Notes under the pieces: generated by a model
Database searches by the model: none
Told to the model about the DNA's origin: nothing
What the model saw: the letters and a program-made list of their open reading frames with translations, nothing else
Translations under genes and position numbers: made by a program
Part shown: one piece after another, positions 9,953 through 19,724 of the stretch
Layout of the letters: every line of letters begins with the position of its first letter
Numbering within the stretch: position 1 is the stretch's first letter
Origin: Dehalococcoidia bacterium
GTDB lineage: Bacteria; Chloroflexota; Dehalococcoidia; Bin125
Length of the DNA: 64,000 bases
Assembly: GCA_963555985.3 (NCBI GenBank)
Contig: OY820591.1
Span: 2,752,001 to 2,816,000, forward strand
Direction of reading: 5' to 3'

Positions 9953-10888
9953 TCAGACCGCCTCACCCAGCAGGTAGCGGCCTACGGCTTCCTCTAGGGC
10001 CGCGACCTCGGCTGAGTCCAGGTCTCGGTAGGGGGGGCGGGTGTGGGTGAGGGGCAGGCCGCTGGTGAAGGAGACGAGTTGCTTGAGCGCTCCGACTCGG
10101 GGGAAGGCATTGAGGATGCCGTGGAGTTCGTTCAGCTGACGCTGCGGACGCTGCGGCTCGCCGCCTTCTCGGTGGGCGTACTGGATGGTCTTGACTAGGG
10201 CGGGGACGGCGTTCGCCATTCCCGAGACGCCGCCAATGCAACCCACCCCGTACAGATCCGCGTGCGCGCCGTCGAAGCCCGCCATTACTCGAAACTCTGA
10301 GCCGGGACCTTCCGCCGGCACCAAGTCCATGTAGCGCTGCGTCCGGACGGCGTCGCCGCCTGAGTCTTTGATTCCCATCAACTGATCGGGGTGCAGCTCC
10401 AATAATGCTCCCATCACCTCGTCGGGAATATCGATGCCGGCCTGTGCGGGCATGTTGTAGAGCAAGGCCTTGCCTTGCGGCGGCAGCGATTCGATCACGG
10501 TCGAGAACCAGTCCACCAGGCCGCGCGCATCGACGTTCTTGAAGAAGAAGGGCGGCAGTAGCGCGACTGCGTGCGCGCCTGCATCCAGCGCTTCGTTCGC
10601 TGCCCGCACGGTATCCGGCAGCGAGGGACAGGTCGCCCCGGCGACGACCGTTAGCTGGCTTGGCCCGACCCCTCGCGCGGCGGCGACCACCGCCTCGACG
10701 ACGGCTCGGCGCTCGTGCATCCCGACGGACGGACCCTCGCCGTTGGTTCCGAGGGTGAGAATGCCGGTGATCCCGAACGAGCGCAGCCAATCGACGTGTC
10801 CGGCGATCCATTCGGTGTCGACCTCGCGTCCGCCCGTCGTGAATGGCGTTACCTGTGCGGTCATCAATCCATCCAGAAACAGCGGCAT
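9953..10888 (-). CDS. Dihydrodipicolinate synthase-family aldolase
   Basis: TPFT, GTNGEG, LLYNMP and GIKDSGG Schiff-base motif. Confidence 0.9.
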   Translation of the reverse strand: MPLFLDGLMTAQVTPFTTGGREVDTEWIAGHVDWLRSFGITGILTLGTNGEGPSVGMHERRAVVEAVVAAARGVGPSQLTVVAGATCPSLPDTVRAANEALDAGAHAVALLPPFFFKNVDARGLVDWFSTVIESLPPQGKALLYNMPAQAGIDIPDEVMGALLELHPDQLMGIKDSGGDAVRTQRYMDLVPAEGPGSEFRVMAGFDGAHADLYGVGCIGGVSGMANAVPALVKTIQYAHREGGEPQRPQRQLNELHGILNAFPRVGALKQLVSFTSGLPLTHTRPPYRDLDSAEVAALEEAVGRYLLGEAV

Positions 10889-10948
10889 GGTTCACCCTCA
10901 ATCCAATCGCGCTCGTCTGCGCAGAGTACGCGCCGTAGGCTCAAGCTC

Positions 10949-12286
10949 GTGAGTTCCCCCCGCATCTACCTTTGCTCCGCGACGGGCGCGCTCACGACCG
11001 ACGCCGCGCCGGTCGGGGGCGGGGTGGCGGTGCTTGAGGCGCTGATTCCGCAGCTCGAAGCGGCCGGCTTCGAGCTCACGCTGCTGACTCCGGGTCGCAG
11101 CGAGCAACGCGCGGGCATTCGCCAAACGCTTGCTGTGCCGACTCTCACCGAGGCCGACCCTGAACGGATTTTGCGGCTCAACGCGCGCGAGTATGCACGC
11201 TTCGCGCTCGAGTGGGAGGCGGCGCTTGAGCGTTACTTCGCGGACGTGAACCCAGATGGCGCGGTCGTGCTCGCCAACGACACGTCGGAAGGCCCGCCGT
11301 TCGCGGCGCTGCATCAGCGCGGATTTCGGCAGATCGCGCTGCTGCACGTGATCGTGGCCGACTTCTTCACGCGCCGCTATCTGAGCCAACCAACCGGACT
11401 CCCGATCCAGGCGCGGCACCTGGCCGCGCTCTGGCGGCTGGCGGAGCGCAGCGGGATGAGCCGCCATGCGCCTGAGATTGCACGGCTCGTCTGGGCCAAG
11501 GAGAGCGAGCTTGCGCAGTATGTCGATGTCTCGATCGTGCCGTCCGCTCCGCTGGCGCGCACGATCTCCGACTGCTACCCGCAGACCGGCGTTGAGCAGC
11601 GCGTTCAGGTCTTGCCCTGGGGCGTGATCGGAGCAGCGCAGCCGAGCCGACGCCAACAGCGGCGCGCCGTGCTGCGCGAGCTCGATGTGGATGTCAACCG
11701 CTTCACCCTGCTCACACTCAGCCGCATCTCTCCGGAGAAGCGGATCGAACTGGCGCTGGACGCGCTCGAACTGATCGAGCGGGAATCTCCGGTCACGGCC
11801 CAGCAGATTCAGCTGATCGTGGCCGGCGCTCCCGCCTACATGGGCGGTCACGCCTATAGCCGCCAACTGCAACAACGCGCACGCCGCCTCCGCGCCATCC
11901 CCGTCCACTTCGCCGGCTATGTCGCCGACGAGGCCAAGTGGAACCTCTTCACCGCCGCCGACACGTTTCTCTCGCCGTCCTGGTACGAGGCTTACGGGCT
12001 GACGATCGCGCAAGCGCTGGGCAGCGGGACGCCCGTGATCGCGGCTCCGCACGCGGGCGCACGGGCCACGATTGAGTCTGATTGCGGCTGGATTGTCGAA
12101 GCGACGCCGCGCGCGTTCGCGGCTGCGATCCGGCGCGCCTTCCACGCACAGGAGACGCGCCAGCTCGAGCGCTTCCGCAATGCAGCTGCGGCATGGGGAA
12201 CGCGCCATCCATTCAGCGATGCGGCCGAGCGCATCATTGCGATCGCGCGTACTCTCAGCAGCGGAACCAGAGGAGCAAGCGCATGA
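10949..12286 (+). CDS. Glycosyltransferase family 4
   Basis: LSRISPEKR and SPSWYEAYGLTIAQALGSGTPVIA; start inferred at GTG 10949. Confidence 0.88.
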   Translation: MSSPRIYLCSATGALTTDAAPVGGGVAVLEALIPQLEAAGFELTLLTPGRSEQRAGIRQTLAVPTLTEADPERILRLNAREYARFALEWEAALERYFADVNPDGAVVLANDTSEGPPFAALHQRGFRQIALLHVIVADFFTRRYLSQPTGLPIQARHLAALWRLAERSGMSRHAPEIARLVWAKESELAQYVDVSIVPSAPLARTISDCYPQTGVEQRVQVLPWGVIGAAQPSRRQQRRAVLRELDVDVNRFTLLTLSRISPEKRIELALDALELIERESPVTAQQIQLIVAGAPAYMGGHAYSRQLQQRARRLRAIPVHFAGYVADEAKWNLFTAADTFLSPSWYEAYGLTIAQALGSGTPVIAAPHAGARATIESDCGWIVEATPRAFAAAIRRAFHAQETRQLERFRNAAAAWGTRHPFSDAAERIIAIARTLSSGTRGASA

Positions 12287-12927
12287 GCCAACAGGCCGTC
12301 CTCTTCGATTTCGGCGGCGTTCTGATCCGGATGGACTGGGACGGCTACGACACTTTCGGCAAGCGTTGGAACCTGCCTCCGGGCGCGCTGATCGACGCCT
12401 TCTACCGAACGCCCGAGTGGCACGCGATTGAGACCGGGCGGGGCAATTGGGAGACCTGGCAACGAGGGGTCGAGCAGCGCCTGGCCCCGTATCTCAGCGG
12501 GGATCCGCACACCGAAGTCAACGCGCTGCTCGAGGCCTGGTACGCGCAGCCGTGGCAGTATCACCACCCCAACTTCGAGCTCGCCCAGGAACTGCAAGAG
12601 GCCGGCTACCTGATTGGGGTGCTCTCCAACGCCCCGGACGATCTGCGCGAGCGGTTTCTGAGTAATCTCCCGGTTGAGATTGACTGGGACGCGATCATCG
12701 TCTCGGGCGAGATAGGTCTGCGCAAACCGGATCCGGAGATTTTCGAGTATGCGGCGAAGGAGATCGGTCTGCCGCCGGAGCAGTGCTTCTTCATTGATGA
12801 TCTTGAGGAGAACGTGGTTGGCGCTCAGGCTGTGGGGATGCGTGGGTACCACTTCACTCGGAACAACTACAAAGCGCTCAGGATCGCATTGCGAACCGCC
12901 GGCATTGACCTACGAATCCGGCCTTGA
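12283..12927 (+). CDS. HAD-family phosphatase
   Basis: LFDFGGVL, LSN, RKPDPEIF, FIDDLEENV; ATGA overlap with the GT4 stop. Confidence 0.92.
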   Translation: MSQQAVLFDFGGVLIRMDWDGYDTFGKRWNLPPGALIDAFYRTPEWHAIETGRGNWETWQRGVEQRLAPYLSGDPHTEVNALLEAWYAQPWQYHHPNFELAQELQEAGYLIGVLSNAPDDLRERFLSNLPVEIDWDAIIVSGEIGLRKPDPEIFEYAAKEIGLPPEQCFFIDDLEENVVGAQAVGMRGYHFTRNNYKALRIALRTAGIDLRIRP

Positions 12928-13218
12928 TCGCCGTGGAAGCAGATCGTCATACGCGACCTGCCGGCGCCTGATTCGCGTCACCACGATCAGCCGCTGGTCT
13001 GGAAACGCGCGATAGACAATTCGCCATCGACCGAGGATGTAGGTCCAGAGATCGTCGTACTGGTCCAACTGCTTCGACGCGGTCTGGTTGGGGCCGCGCT
13101 CGAGTAGCCGCAAGACCTTCTTTACGTCGCCGCGCGTCTTCGGACTCAGCCTCCGGAAGTCGGCTTCCGCGGTTTCGTCGCGTCTGATGGTCCAACGCAG
13201 ACCGAGCGGGATGCTCAC
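12910..13218 (-). CDS. RelE/ParE-like toxin
   Basis: Small basic protein with AEADFRRLS, SKQL and GRWRIVY...IVVTRIRRRQVAY; GTGA-coupled to the upstream acidic gene. Confidence 0.75.
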   Translation of the reverse strand: MSIPLGLRWTIRRDETAEADFRRLSPKTRGDVKKVLRLLERGPNQTASKQLDQYDDLWTYILGRWRIVYRAFPDQRLIVVTRIRRRQVAYDDLLPRRSRPDS

Positions 13219-13703
13219 TTGATCTCGACGTCAGTCAAGAAGAAGTCCCATGCTTCGGGAAACTCCCGCTTGAGTTGGTCGAAGAAGCGTTTGCCAACCT
13301 CCGACTTCGGATCTACGACGGACACCCACTCGTAGCCGTCCGGGAAGCGTTCGTCCAGTTTGCGGAAGAGCTCGACATCCTCCGGGTAGAGGCGATCCAG
13401 ATCATCTAACCAGTCACCCGGCAAGACGCGCACTTGCTCATCTTCTGGCGGCTCGTACTTGGGCCGCTTCGGACGCTCCGATGGACGACCGTTATAGAGC
13501 TTGACCACGCCCTCTTTTTCCTCCGGCCAGATTGGGTCTTCCGGCTCCCTCACCCAAGTCAGCTCTTCGGGCATGCCCCAGGCGATGGCTTGCTCAATGT
13601 GGCGCTCACGCCACCACAGCAGCGACTCGGCGTAGGTCATGTCCAGCTGTTCCGCTTGCGCCGTCAGCTCTGCCCGTGTCGGCAATCGTTCCTCTGTGAC
13701 CAT
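13215..13703 (-). CDS. Acidic hypothetical protein, putative antitoxin (copy 2)
   Basis: 162 aa, coupled to the RelE-like gene; C-terminal domain paralogous to 13976-14458 (PEDVE..RFP.G..WV..DP.S..G..FF..L..E.PEA.DFFL). Confidence 0.65.
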   Translation of the reverse strand: MVTEERLPTRAELTAQAEQLDMTYAESLLWWRERHIEQAIAWGMPEELTWVREPEDPIWPEEKEGVVKLYNGRPSERPKRPKYEPPEDEQVRVLPGDWLDDLDRLYPEDVELFRKLDERFPDGYEWVSVVDPKSEVGKRFFDQLKREFPEAWDFFLTDVEIK

Positions 13704-13709
13704 CGTCAA

Positions 13710-13799
13710 CCCCTTCTCCTCCAATCCTACTCAGTTTCGACCTCGCGGCGATCGCGCAGGATCGTGTGGAAGACGGCTGCGAATAGCGCTTCCAGCGCC
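13710..13799 (-). repeat. Diverged duplicate of the aquaporin 3' end and downstream RBS region
   Basis: Translates ALFAAVFHTILRDRREVETE* versus aquaporin ALFAAVFHTILRERREVETE* at 14485-14557. Confidence 0.9.
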
Positions 13800-13976
13800 A
13801 ACCCGGTAGACGCCTGGATAATCCTGTAGCTCCTTGTGTTCCGCCGCCTTCGGCCCTTCAGCAAGCGACTTGAGCGCTGCCTTCACGTCGCGTTTGCGTT
13901 TGGCCGAGAGCGCCCGATATTCCTCGTCGGCCTCATCGCTCCGATAGACGATCCAGCGTGGACGGCCTAGGACCAT
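13731..13976 (-). pseudogene. Truncated RelE-like toxin (copy 1)
   Basis: RWIVYRSDEADEEYRALS...GPKAAEHKELQDYPGVYRV aligns with 12910-13218, then is cut at ~13800 and reads out of frame into the aquaporin-tail duplicate. Confidence 0.7.
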
Positions 13977-14458
13977 CAGCAATCATCTTCGTCGTAGAGG
14001 AAGAAATCAGCCGCCTCGGGACGCTCATCGCGGAGTTCACTGAAGAACTTCGCGCCGCCTGGCGACGCCGGATCTAACCAGCGCACCCAGTCCCAACCCA
14101 TCGGAAAGCGAGCTTGCAGCCACTTCAGGAACTCGACATCTTCCGGATGGTCATCGTCGTCGAACATCGACCAGTCGCCGTCGAGAATGGGAAGCGGTTC
14201 TACTGTGCCGGCCGCGGCCGCGCGCATCGCCTCTACCTCTTCTGCGGTCGGATCGGGGTCGACAATGTCGACGTCGAACTCGTACTCGGGTGGAACGAGA
14301 CATGCCGTGAGTTGCCCGTATCCCCCAGCCTGAGCCTGCGCGACCAACTGCTTTCGCCTGTACTCGACGAACGCCGCGCGCCACTGCACCTGCGACTCGC
14401 TCGGCTTCCACCAATCCACCCAGTCCGCCGGGATGAGTTCGCGCCCATCGTCAGCCAT
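13976..14458 (-). CDS. Acidic hypothetical protein, putative antitoxin (copy 1)
   Basis: 160 aa, TGATG overlap with the RelE-like gene; paralogue of 13215-13703. Confidence 0.65.
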   Translation of the reverse strand: MADDGRELIPADWVDWWKPSESQVQWRAAFVEYRRKQLVAQAQAGGYGQLTACLVPPEYEFDVDIVDPDPTAEEVEAMRAAAAGTVEPLPILDGDWSMFDDDDHPEDVEFLKWLQARFPMGWDWVRWLDPASPGGAKFFSELRDERPEAADFFLYDEDDC

Positions 14459-14484
14459 CGCTAGCTCTCCCTTTTCTCCCAATC

Positions 14485-15249
14485 CTACTCAGTTTCGACC
14501 TCTCTCCGCTCCCGCAGGATCGTGTGGAAGACGGCTGCGAACAGCGCCCCCAGCGCCGGTGCGAGCCAGTAGACCCAGTGATCGGCCCAATGCCAGCCCA
14601 GGGCTGCCGGACCGAATGATCGGGCCGGATTCATGGACGCGCCGCTCACGTCGCCGCCCATTGAGACGGCGGCGGCGATGTATAGCCCCACTGCGATCGC
14701 GAAGACGGGCGCGCGATGGCGGCGCTCGGCGAGGAGCAGGATTGCGTAGACGAGGAAGAAGGTGAGCACGATCTCCAGGCCGATTGTTTGCCAGAGCGGG
14801 CCGCCGGGGCGGGTTGCTCCGAGCCATGAGAAGCCCTCTCCGGTGTGGTTGCGGAACAGTCCGTGCAGCACCGATCCCGCAATCAGCGCCCCGGCGATCT
14901 GCGCCGCGATGTAGGGAATTAGCCGCCGACCCTCAAGCCGTCCGGTGAGCCAGAGACCCAGCGAGACCGCCGGATTCAGGTGCGCGCCGGAGATCGCCCA
15001 GAACGCGAAGATCATCACCGCGACACCGGCGCCGTTGATTAGCCCCACGCCCAGCATGCCCAGGTTGCCGTCGGCCCACCAGTTGACGTGACCCGAACCA
15101 GCGCAGAACAGCACCAGTCCGAACGTGCCCAGCACCTCCGCCATCAGCACTCGCGCCTCCTGCGGCAGGCGCTCCGTGTCGAGACCCACGCGCTCCAGCA
15201 ATCCCTCGAGCGGGCTGAGCGGTCCCGTGATCGCCTCGCGTGCGCTCAT
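14485..15249 (-). CDS. Aquaporin (MIP family)
   Basis: AEVLGTF, ISGAHLNPAVS, GASMNPARSFGPA, HWVYW. Confidence 0.96.
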   Translation of the reverse strand: MSAREAITGPLSPLEGLLERVGLDTERLPQEARVLMAEVLGTFGLVLFCAGSGHVNWWADGNLGMLGVGLINGAGVAVMIFAFWAISGAHLNPAVSLGLWLTGRLEGRRLIPYIAAQIAGALIAGSVLHGLFRNHTGEGFSWLGATRPGGPLWQTIGLEIVLTFFLVYAILLLAERRHRAPVFAIAVGLYIAAAVSMGGDVSGASMNPARSFGPAALGWHWADHWVYWLAPALGALFAAVFHTILRERREVETE

Positions 15250-15313
15250 GCATCACCTCGGTTCATCCACGTGATCGCCTCGCGTGCGCTCATGCATCAC
15301 CTCGGTTCATCCA
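15226..15313. repeat. Perfect 44-bp tandem duplication over the aquaporin start codon
   Basis: cgtgatcgcctcgcgtgcgctcatgcatcacctcggttcatcca at 15226-15269 and 15270-15313. Confidence 0.95.
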
Positions 15314-15419
15314 GTCGCGACAAGCGCCGCTCAGGATATGAACAGCCCTCGCCAACGTCGGTTGACACGCTGTTAAGGTTGATTCCGCCGCCATCCCCGG
15401 CTCCGACGGGAGTTCTCTC

Positions 15420-17510
15420 ATGTCCGACCCCAGCAGCGAGCACGCTCATACCAACCAGCTGATTCACGAGTCCTCGCCCTATCTGCTCCAACACGCGCAC
15501 AATCCAGTGGATTGGCTGCCCTGGGGGGACGAGGCCTGGGAGCGGGCGAGACGCGAGGACAAGCCCGTGCTCGTCTCGGTCGGTTATGCCGCCTGTCACT
15601 GGTGCCACGTGATGGAGCGCGAGTCGTTCGAGAACGAAGCGATTGCGCAGCTTCAGAACGAGCTCGTCGTGAGCATCAAGGTTGATCGCGAGGAGCGGCC
15701 CGATGTGGATGAGATCTACATGGACGCGCAGCAGATGATCCACGGTCACGGCGGCTGGCCGCTGAATGTCTTCTGCACCCCTGAGGGTCGCCCCTTCTTC
15801 GGCGGGACCTACTTTCCGCCCCAGCGCCGCACGGGAATGCCCGGCTGGCCCGATGTCCTGCAAGGCGTCTCGCGCGCCTGGCGCGAGCAGCGCGAACAGG
15901 TCGAGCAGCAGGCGGCTCAACTCACGCAACATCTCAACCTCAACATCGCGCTCGCAGCTGAGGACATCACTGAGTCTCCCGCCCAGATCCGAGCTCGGGC
16001 CGCCGGCGCGTTGCTCGAAGCGGCCGACCGGCAGCATGGGGGATTTGGCGGCGCGCCCAAGTTTCCGCAGCCCTACTATCTCCACTTGATCCTTCAGCAA
16101 GCGCTCGATCCGCAGGCCGCGAACCGCGCCGACGCCCAGCAGCACTTCCTCAACACGCTTCGGCAGATGGCCGAGGGTGGGATCTATGACCAGCTTGCCG
16201 GCGGCTTTCATCGCTACGCCGTTGATCAGATCTGGCTGGTGCCGCACTTCGAGAAGATGCTCTATGACAATGCGCTGCTGATTCCGCTTTACCTCAGCGC
16301 CTCGCGGCTGCCCGGCGCGGATCCGCTCTTCGCCCGAATTGCCGAAGAGACCGCCGATTATCTCCTCCAGGGATTGCAAACCCCCGACGGGGCTTTCTAC
16401 GCCTCTACGGATGCGGACTCGGAGGGCGTCGAGGGCAAGTACTTCGTCTGGACTCGCGACGAACTGTTCGAGTTGCTGGAGCGTGACGACGCCGAGATTG
16501 CGGCCCGATGCTGGGGTGTGGATGTGGCCGGGAACTGGGAAGGCAAGACGATCCTCACGGCTGCGGCCTCTCCGGCTGCGGTCGCTCAGTGGGTCAATCG
16601 ACCGCTGATCGAAGTCGAGACCTCACTCGATAGCTCGCGCGCAGCTCTACTCGAACACCGTGCGACGCGGATTCCGCCCGCTACCGATACGAAGATCATC
16701 GCCGCCTGGAACGGAATGGCGATTGACGCACTCGCGCAGGCCGGAGCGGTGCTCGATCAACCGCGCTTCATTGACGCCGCGATCCGCGCTGCCGAGTTCA
16801 TCCTCTCCAACATGCGCGACGAGGACGGACGGCTGCTGCGAATTCACGCCGCCGGTCGCGCCTCTGTCCCTGCGTTCCTTGAGGATTACGCCGCGCTCGC
16901 CGACGGTCTGCTCAGCCTATATGAAGCCACATCCGACGAGCGCTGGTTTGCCGCCGCCCGCGACCTGGCCGACGAGCTCTGCCGGCGCTTCTGGGACGAC
17001 GCCGACGGCGGCTTCTTCACCGTCGCCACTGACGGCGAGGAACTGATCGCGCAGCGTAAGCCGAGCCAGGACGGGGCTACGCCGAGCGGGAACGCGCTGG
17101 CGGCGAAAGTGCTCGCCCGGCTCTACGCGATGACCGCCGACTCGCAGCACGCCGACCGGCTCGAAGCGATGCGCCACAGTTTCAGCGCCTTCTTGACCAA
17201 GGCTCCGACGATGCTGGGACTGTTCGTCTGTGTCCAGGACTGGCTTGCGCAACACCGCGCGGTCGCGCTGATCGGTGATCGCGACGATCCGGAACTTGTC
17301 CAGATCCGACGGAATCTCTGGACTGCGCCGCCGCGACCGACGGTGCTGATGCAGCGCGCCGCCGACGCGCGCAGCGCCATCCCGCAGCTCGCGGACAAAC
17401 CCGCCGTTCAGGGCCGGCCGACTGCCTATGTCTGCCACGCCTTCGCCTGCTCCGCTCCGATCCACAGCGCCGAAGAGCTTGATACGGTGATCGCTGAACC
17501 ACTCCTCTAG
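15420..17510 (+). CDS. YyaL/SSP411-family thioredoxin-domain protein
   Basis: [53 protein letters not shown]. Confidence 0.95.
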   Translation: MSDPSSEHAHTNQLIHESSPYLLQHAHNPVDWLPWGDEAWERARREDKPVLVSVGYAACHWCHVMERESFENEAIAQLQNELVVSIKVDREERPDVDEIYMDAQQMIHGHGGWPLNVFCTPEGRPFFGGTYFPPQRRTGMPGWPDVLQGVSRAWREQREQVEQQAAQLTQHLNLNIALAAEDITESPAQIRARAAGALLEAADRQHGGFGGAPKFPQPYYLHLILQQALDPQAANRADAQQHFLNTLRQMAEGGIYDQLAGGFHRYAVDQIWLVPHFEKMLYDNALLIPLYLSASRLPGADPLFARIAEETADYLLQGLQTPDGAFYASTDADSEGVEGKYFVWTRDELFELLERDDAEIAARCWGVDVAGNWEGKTILTAAASPAAVAQWVNRPLIEVETSLDSSRAALLEHRATRIPPATDTKIIAAWNGMAIDALAQAGAVLDQPRFIDAAIRAAEFILSNMRDEDGRLLRIHAAGRASVPAFLEDYAALADGLLSLYEATSDERWFAAARDLADELCRRFWDDADGGFFTVATDGEELIAQRKPSQDGATPSGNALAAKVLARLYAMTADSQHADRLEAMRHSFSAFLTKAPTMLGLFVCVQDWLAQHRAVALIGDRDDPELVQIRRNLWTAPPRPTVLMQRAADARSAIPQLADKPAVQGRPTAYVCHAFACSAPIHSAEELDTVIAEPLL

Positions 17511-17538
17511 ACCGTTCAGCACCAGATAGGCACAGCGC

Positions 17539-17940
17539 GTGAGCACTCCCCACCAGACGATCATTCCCAGCCTTCGCTACGACGACGCCAACGAGGCGAT
17601 CCGCTGGCTGCACGAGGCGTTCGGGCTGACCGAGCACTTCGTCGTCCGCGATGAAGCCGGCCACGTCGAACACGCCCAACTCGCCTGGCGCGGGTCGCTG
17701 GTCATGCTCGGCGACGCATCGGACGATGTGCACAACCTTCCCTATAAGCACGGGTCGATCAGCATGACCGCCGAGTCAGCGGAGCAGGTAGATGAGATCT
17801 TCGAGCGTGCCGTGGCTGCGGGCGCGACGGTGATCCAGCCCCTGACCGACACCGACTATGGGTCGCACGCCTTCACGGTCGCGGACTACGAGGGCAATCA
17901 CTGGCATCTCGGGACCTACGACGCCTTGGCTTCCGAGTAG
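17539..17940 (+). CDS. VOC/glyoxalase-family protein (copy 1)
   Basis: IIPSLRYDDA..AIRWL..AFG, HAQL, DTDYGSHAFTVADYEGNHW. Confidence 0.9.
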   Translation: MSTPHQTIIPSLRYDDANEAIRWLHEAFGLTEHFVVRDEAGHVEHAQLAWRGSLVMLGDASDDVHNLPYKHGSISMTAESAEQVDEIFERAVAAGATVIQPLTDTDYGSHAFTVADYEGNHWHLGTYDALASE

Positions 17941-17957
17941 CCGGACGGAGGTCCCTG

Positions 17958-18365
17958 ATGACCCACCAGACCATCATCCCCGCCTTCCGCGCCAACGACG
18001 CCCAAGCGCTGATTGACTGGCTCCGCGAGACGATCGGCTTCAGCGAGCGCATGATCGTCCCCGACGGCAACGGGGGCATCGCCCACGCCGAACTCGAATG
18101 GCGCGGGAGCCTGGTGATGCTGGGCTCGGCGCGCGGCAACGGCGACTACCTGGACGACTCGATTGGCCGCGCCTCGATGAGCCTGACCGCCGAGTCCAGC
18201 GAGCAGGTCGACGACCTATATGCGCGCGTGCAGGATGCCGGGGCGACGATCACCGTACCGCTCGAAGACACCGACTACGGCTCGCACGCCTTCACCGTGC
18301 GCGACCCCGAGGGCAACTTCTGGCACTTCGGCACCTACGATCCGCTCGCATCGCAACTGGACTAG
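17958..18365 (+). CDS. VOC/glyoxalase-family protein (copy 2)
   Basis: Tandem paralogue; DTDYGSHAFTVRDPEGNFWHFGTY. Confidence 0.9.
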   Translation: MTHQTIIPAFRANDAQALIDWLRETIGFSERMIVPDGNGGIAHAELEWRGSLVMLGSARGNGDYLDDSIGRASMSLTAESSEQVDDLYARVQDAGATITVPLEDTDYGSHAFTVRDPEGNFWHFGTYDPLASQLD

Positions 18366-18372
18366 GCCGACC

Positions 18373-18849
18373 ATGGATGTTCCCGAACCAGAGCGGCCGC
18401 AGGTGCCGGATAGCTTCGGCTTCAGCATTGAGGACTATCCCTTCGAGCCGATGTCGTGGCAGTGGGTTGTGGAGCAGCTTGAGACGGCGCGCAACTACTG
18501 GATCGCGACGACTCGGCCGTCGGGACGGCCGCACTCGGTACCGGTCTGGGGCGTCTGGGTTGACGACGCCTTCCATTTCGCCACCGATCCGCTCGGGGTC
18601 ACGGCTCAGAACCTGAAGCAGAATCCCGAGTCGGTCGTCAACCTTGAGTCAGGCGACGACGTCGTGATCCTCGAAGGGCAGTTCGAGCTGCATGACTCGA
18701 CGCCCAGCATCCAGGCGGCCTTTAGCGCCAAGTACGACATGCCCTGGGGTGCGGAAGAGACGATCCCGGTCTTCACGCTCAGGGTGAAGAAGGCGCTCGC
18801 CTGGACGGAGGCCGACTATCCCAGCAACGCCACCCGCTGGCGCTTCTAG
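18373..18849 (+). CDS. Pyridoxamine 5'-phosphate oxidase-like (PPOX/F420-binding) protein
   Basis: NYWIATTRPSGRPHSVPVWGVW; start inferred at ATG 18373. Confidence 0.85.
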   Translation: MDVPEPERPQVPDSFGFSIEDYPFEPMSWQWVVEQLETARNYWIATTRPSGRPHSVPVWGVWVDDAFHFATDPLGVTAQNLKQNPESVVNLESGDDVVILEGQFELHDSTPSIQAAFSAKYDMPWGAEETIPVFTLRVKKALAWTEADYPSNATRWRF

Positions 18850-19619
18850 GTGCCAGTGAACTCCGCCGTGCGTCGCTCGTTGAAGGCGGCCACGCCCTCT
18901 TTCATGTCGTCTGTGTAGGCGAGCCGCTCGAAGTAGAGCTGCTCGATTCGCAGGCCCTCATCCAGCGATGTCTGCATCCCGCGCGTCGCGGCGGACTTGC
19001 AGGCGCGCACCGCCAGCGGTCCGTTGCGGCAGATTCGCTGCGCCATCTCATGCGCCGCGTTCATCAACTCGCCCGCCTCAACGACCCGATGTACCAGCCC
19101 AATCTCAAGCGCCCGCTCCGCCGAGAGCGGATCGCCGGTGAGCATGATCTCCATCGCCCGGCTCTCGCCGAGCAGACGCGGGAGACGTTGTGTGCCGCCC
19201 CAGCCGGGCAAGAGGCCCAAGCCAACCTCCGGCTGACCCATCTGTGCGCCTGCGGCCGCAATCCGCAGATCACAGGCCAGCGCCACTTCCAGTCCGCCGC
19301 CAAAGGCGTAGCCGTTGATCGCCGCAATCAGCGGCTTTGAGATGTACATCCCGCGCATGATCGAGGGGGCTAACTCGAAGCGCTCCTTGGATGGTTCGTC
19401 CATCAGGGCGGGGATCATGTCGCGCAGATCGGCGCCGGCTGAGAAGGCGCGATCGCCTGCGCCGGTGATGATCGCGACCCAGGCGTCATCGTCGTCGCGG
19501 AAGCGTGCGCAGGCCTCGGCGAAGGCCGCGTACTGTTCGCGGTCGAACGAGTTCAACGCCTTCTGGCGATCGAGCGTGAGCGTTGCGACGCGGTCGGATA
19601 CTTCGTAGGTCACTGCCAT
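18846..19619 (-). CDS. Enoyl-CoA hydratase/isomerase
   Basis: AFSAGADL, KPLIAAINGYAFGGGLE, PEVGLGLLPGWGGTQRL. Confidence 0.95.
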   Translation of the reverse strand: MAVTYEVSDRVATLTLDRQKALNSFDREQYAAFAEACARFRDDDDAWVAIITGAGDRAFSAGADLRDMIPALMDEPSKERFELAPSIMRGMYISKPLIAAINGYAFGGGLEVALACDLRIAAAGAQMGQPEVGLGLLPGWGGTQRLPRLLGESRAMEIMLTGDPLSAERALEIGLVHRVVEAGELMNAAHEMAQRICRNGPLAVRACKSAATRGMQTSLDEGLRIEQLYFERLAYTDDMKEGVAAFNERRTAEFTGT

Positions 19620-19660
19620 GATGTACCTCTCTTGGGAATCCAGTTTTAGGTCTGGCCGGA

Positions 19661-19710
19661 CCCCCCTCTGTCACTTCGTGACATCTCCCCCCGCAGTGCG
19701 GGGGGAGAGG
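19661..19710. repeat. Double-hairpin repeat (CCCCCTCTG..ACATCTCCCCC..GGGGGAGA family)
   Basis: cccccctctgtcacttcgtgacatctccccccgcagtgcggggggagag; relatives at 29115, 38640 (inverted), 47745 (inverted) and 54955. Confidence 0.85.
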
Positions 19711-19724
19711 GTTCTCGAACTCCG

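Noticed and set aside
12910-14557. Integron cassette array
   Set aside because: No attC-like RYYYAAC...GTTRRRY palindromes or integrase; the junction is an aquaporin-tail duplicate
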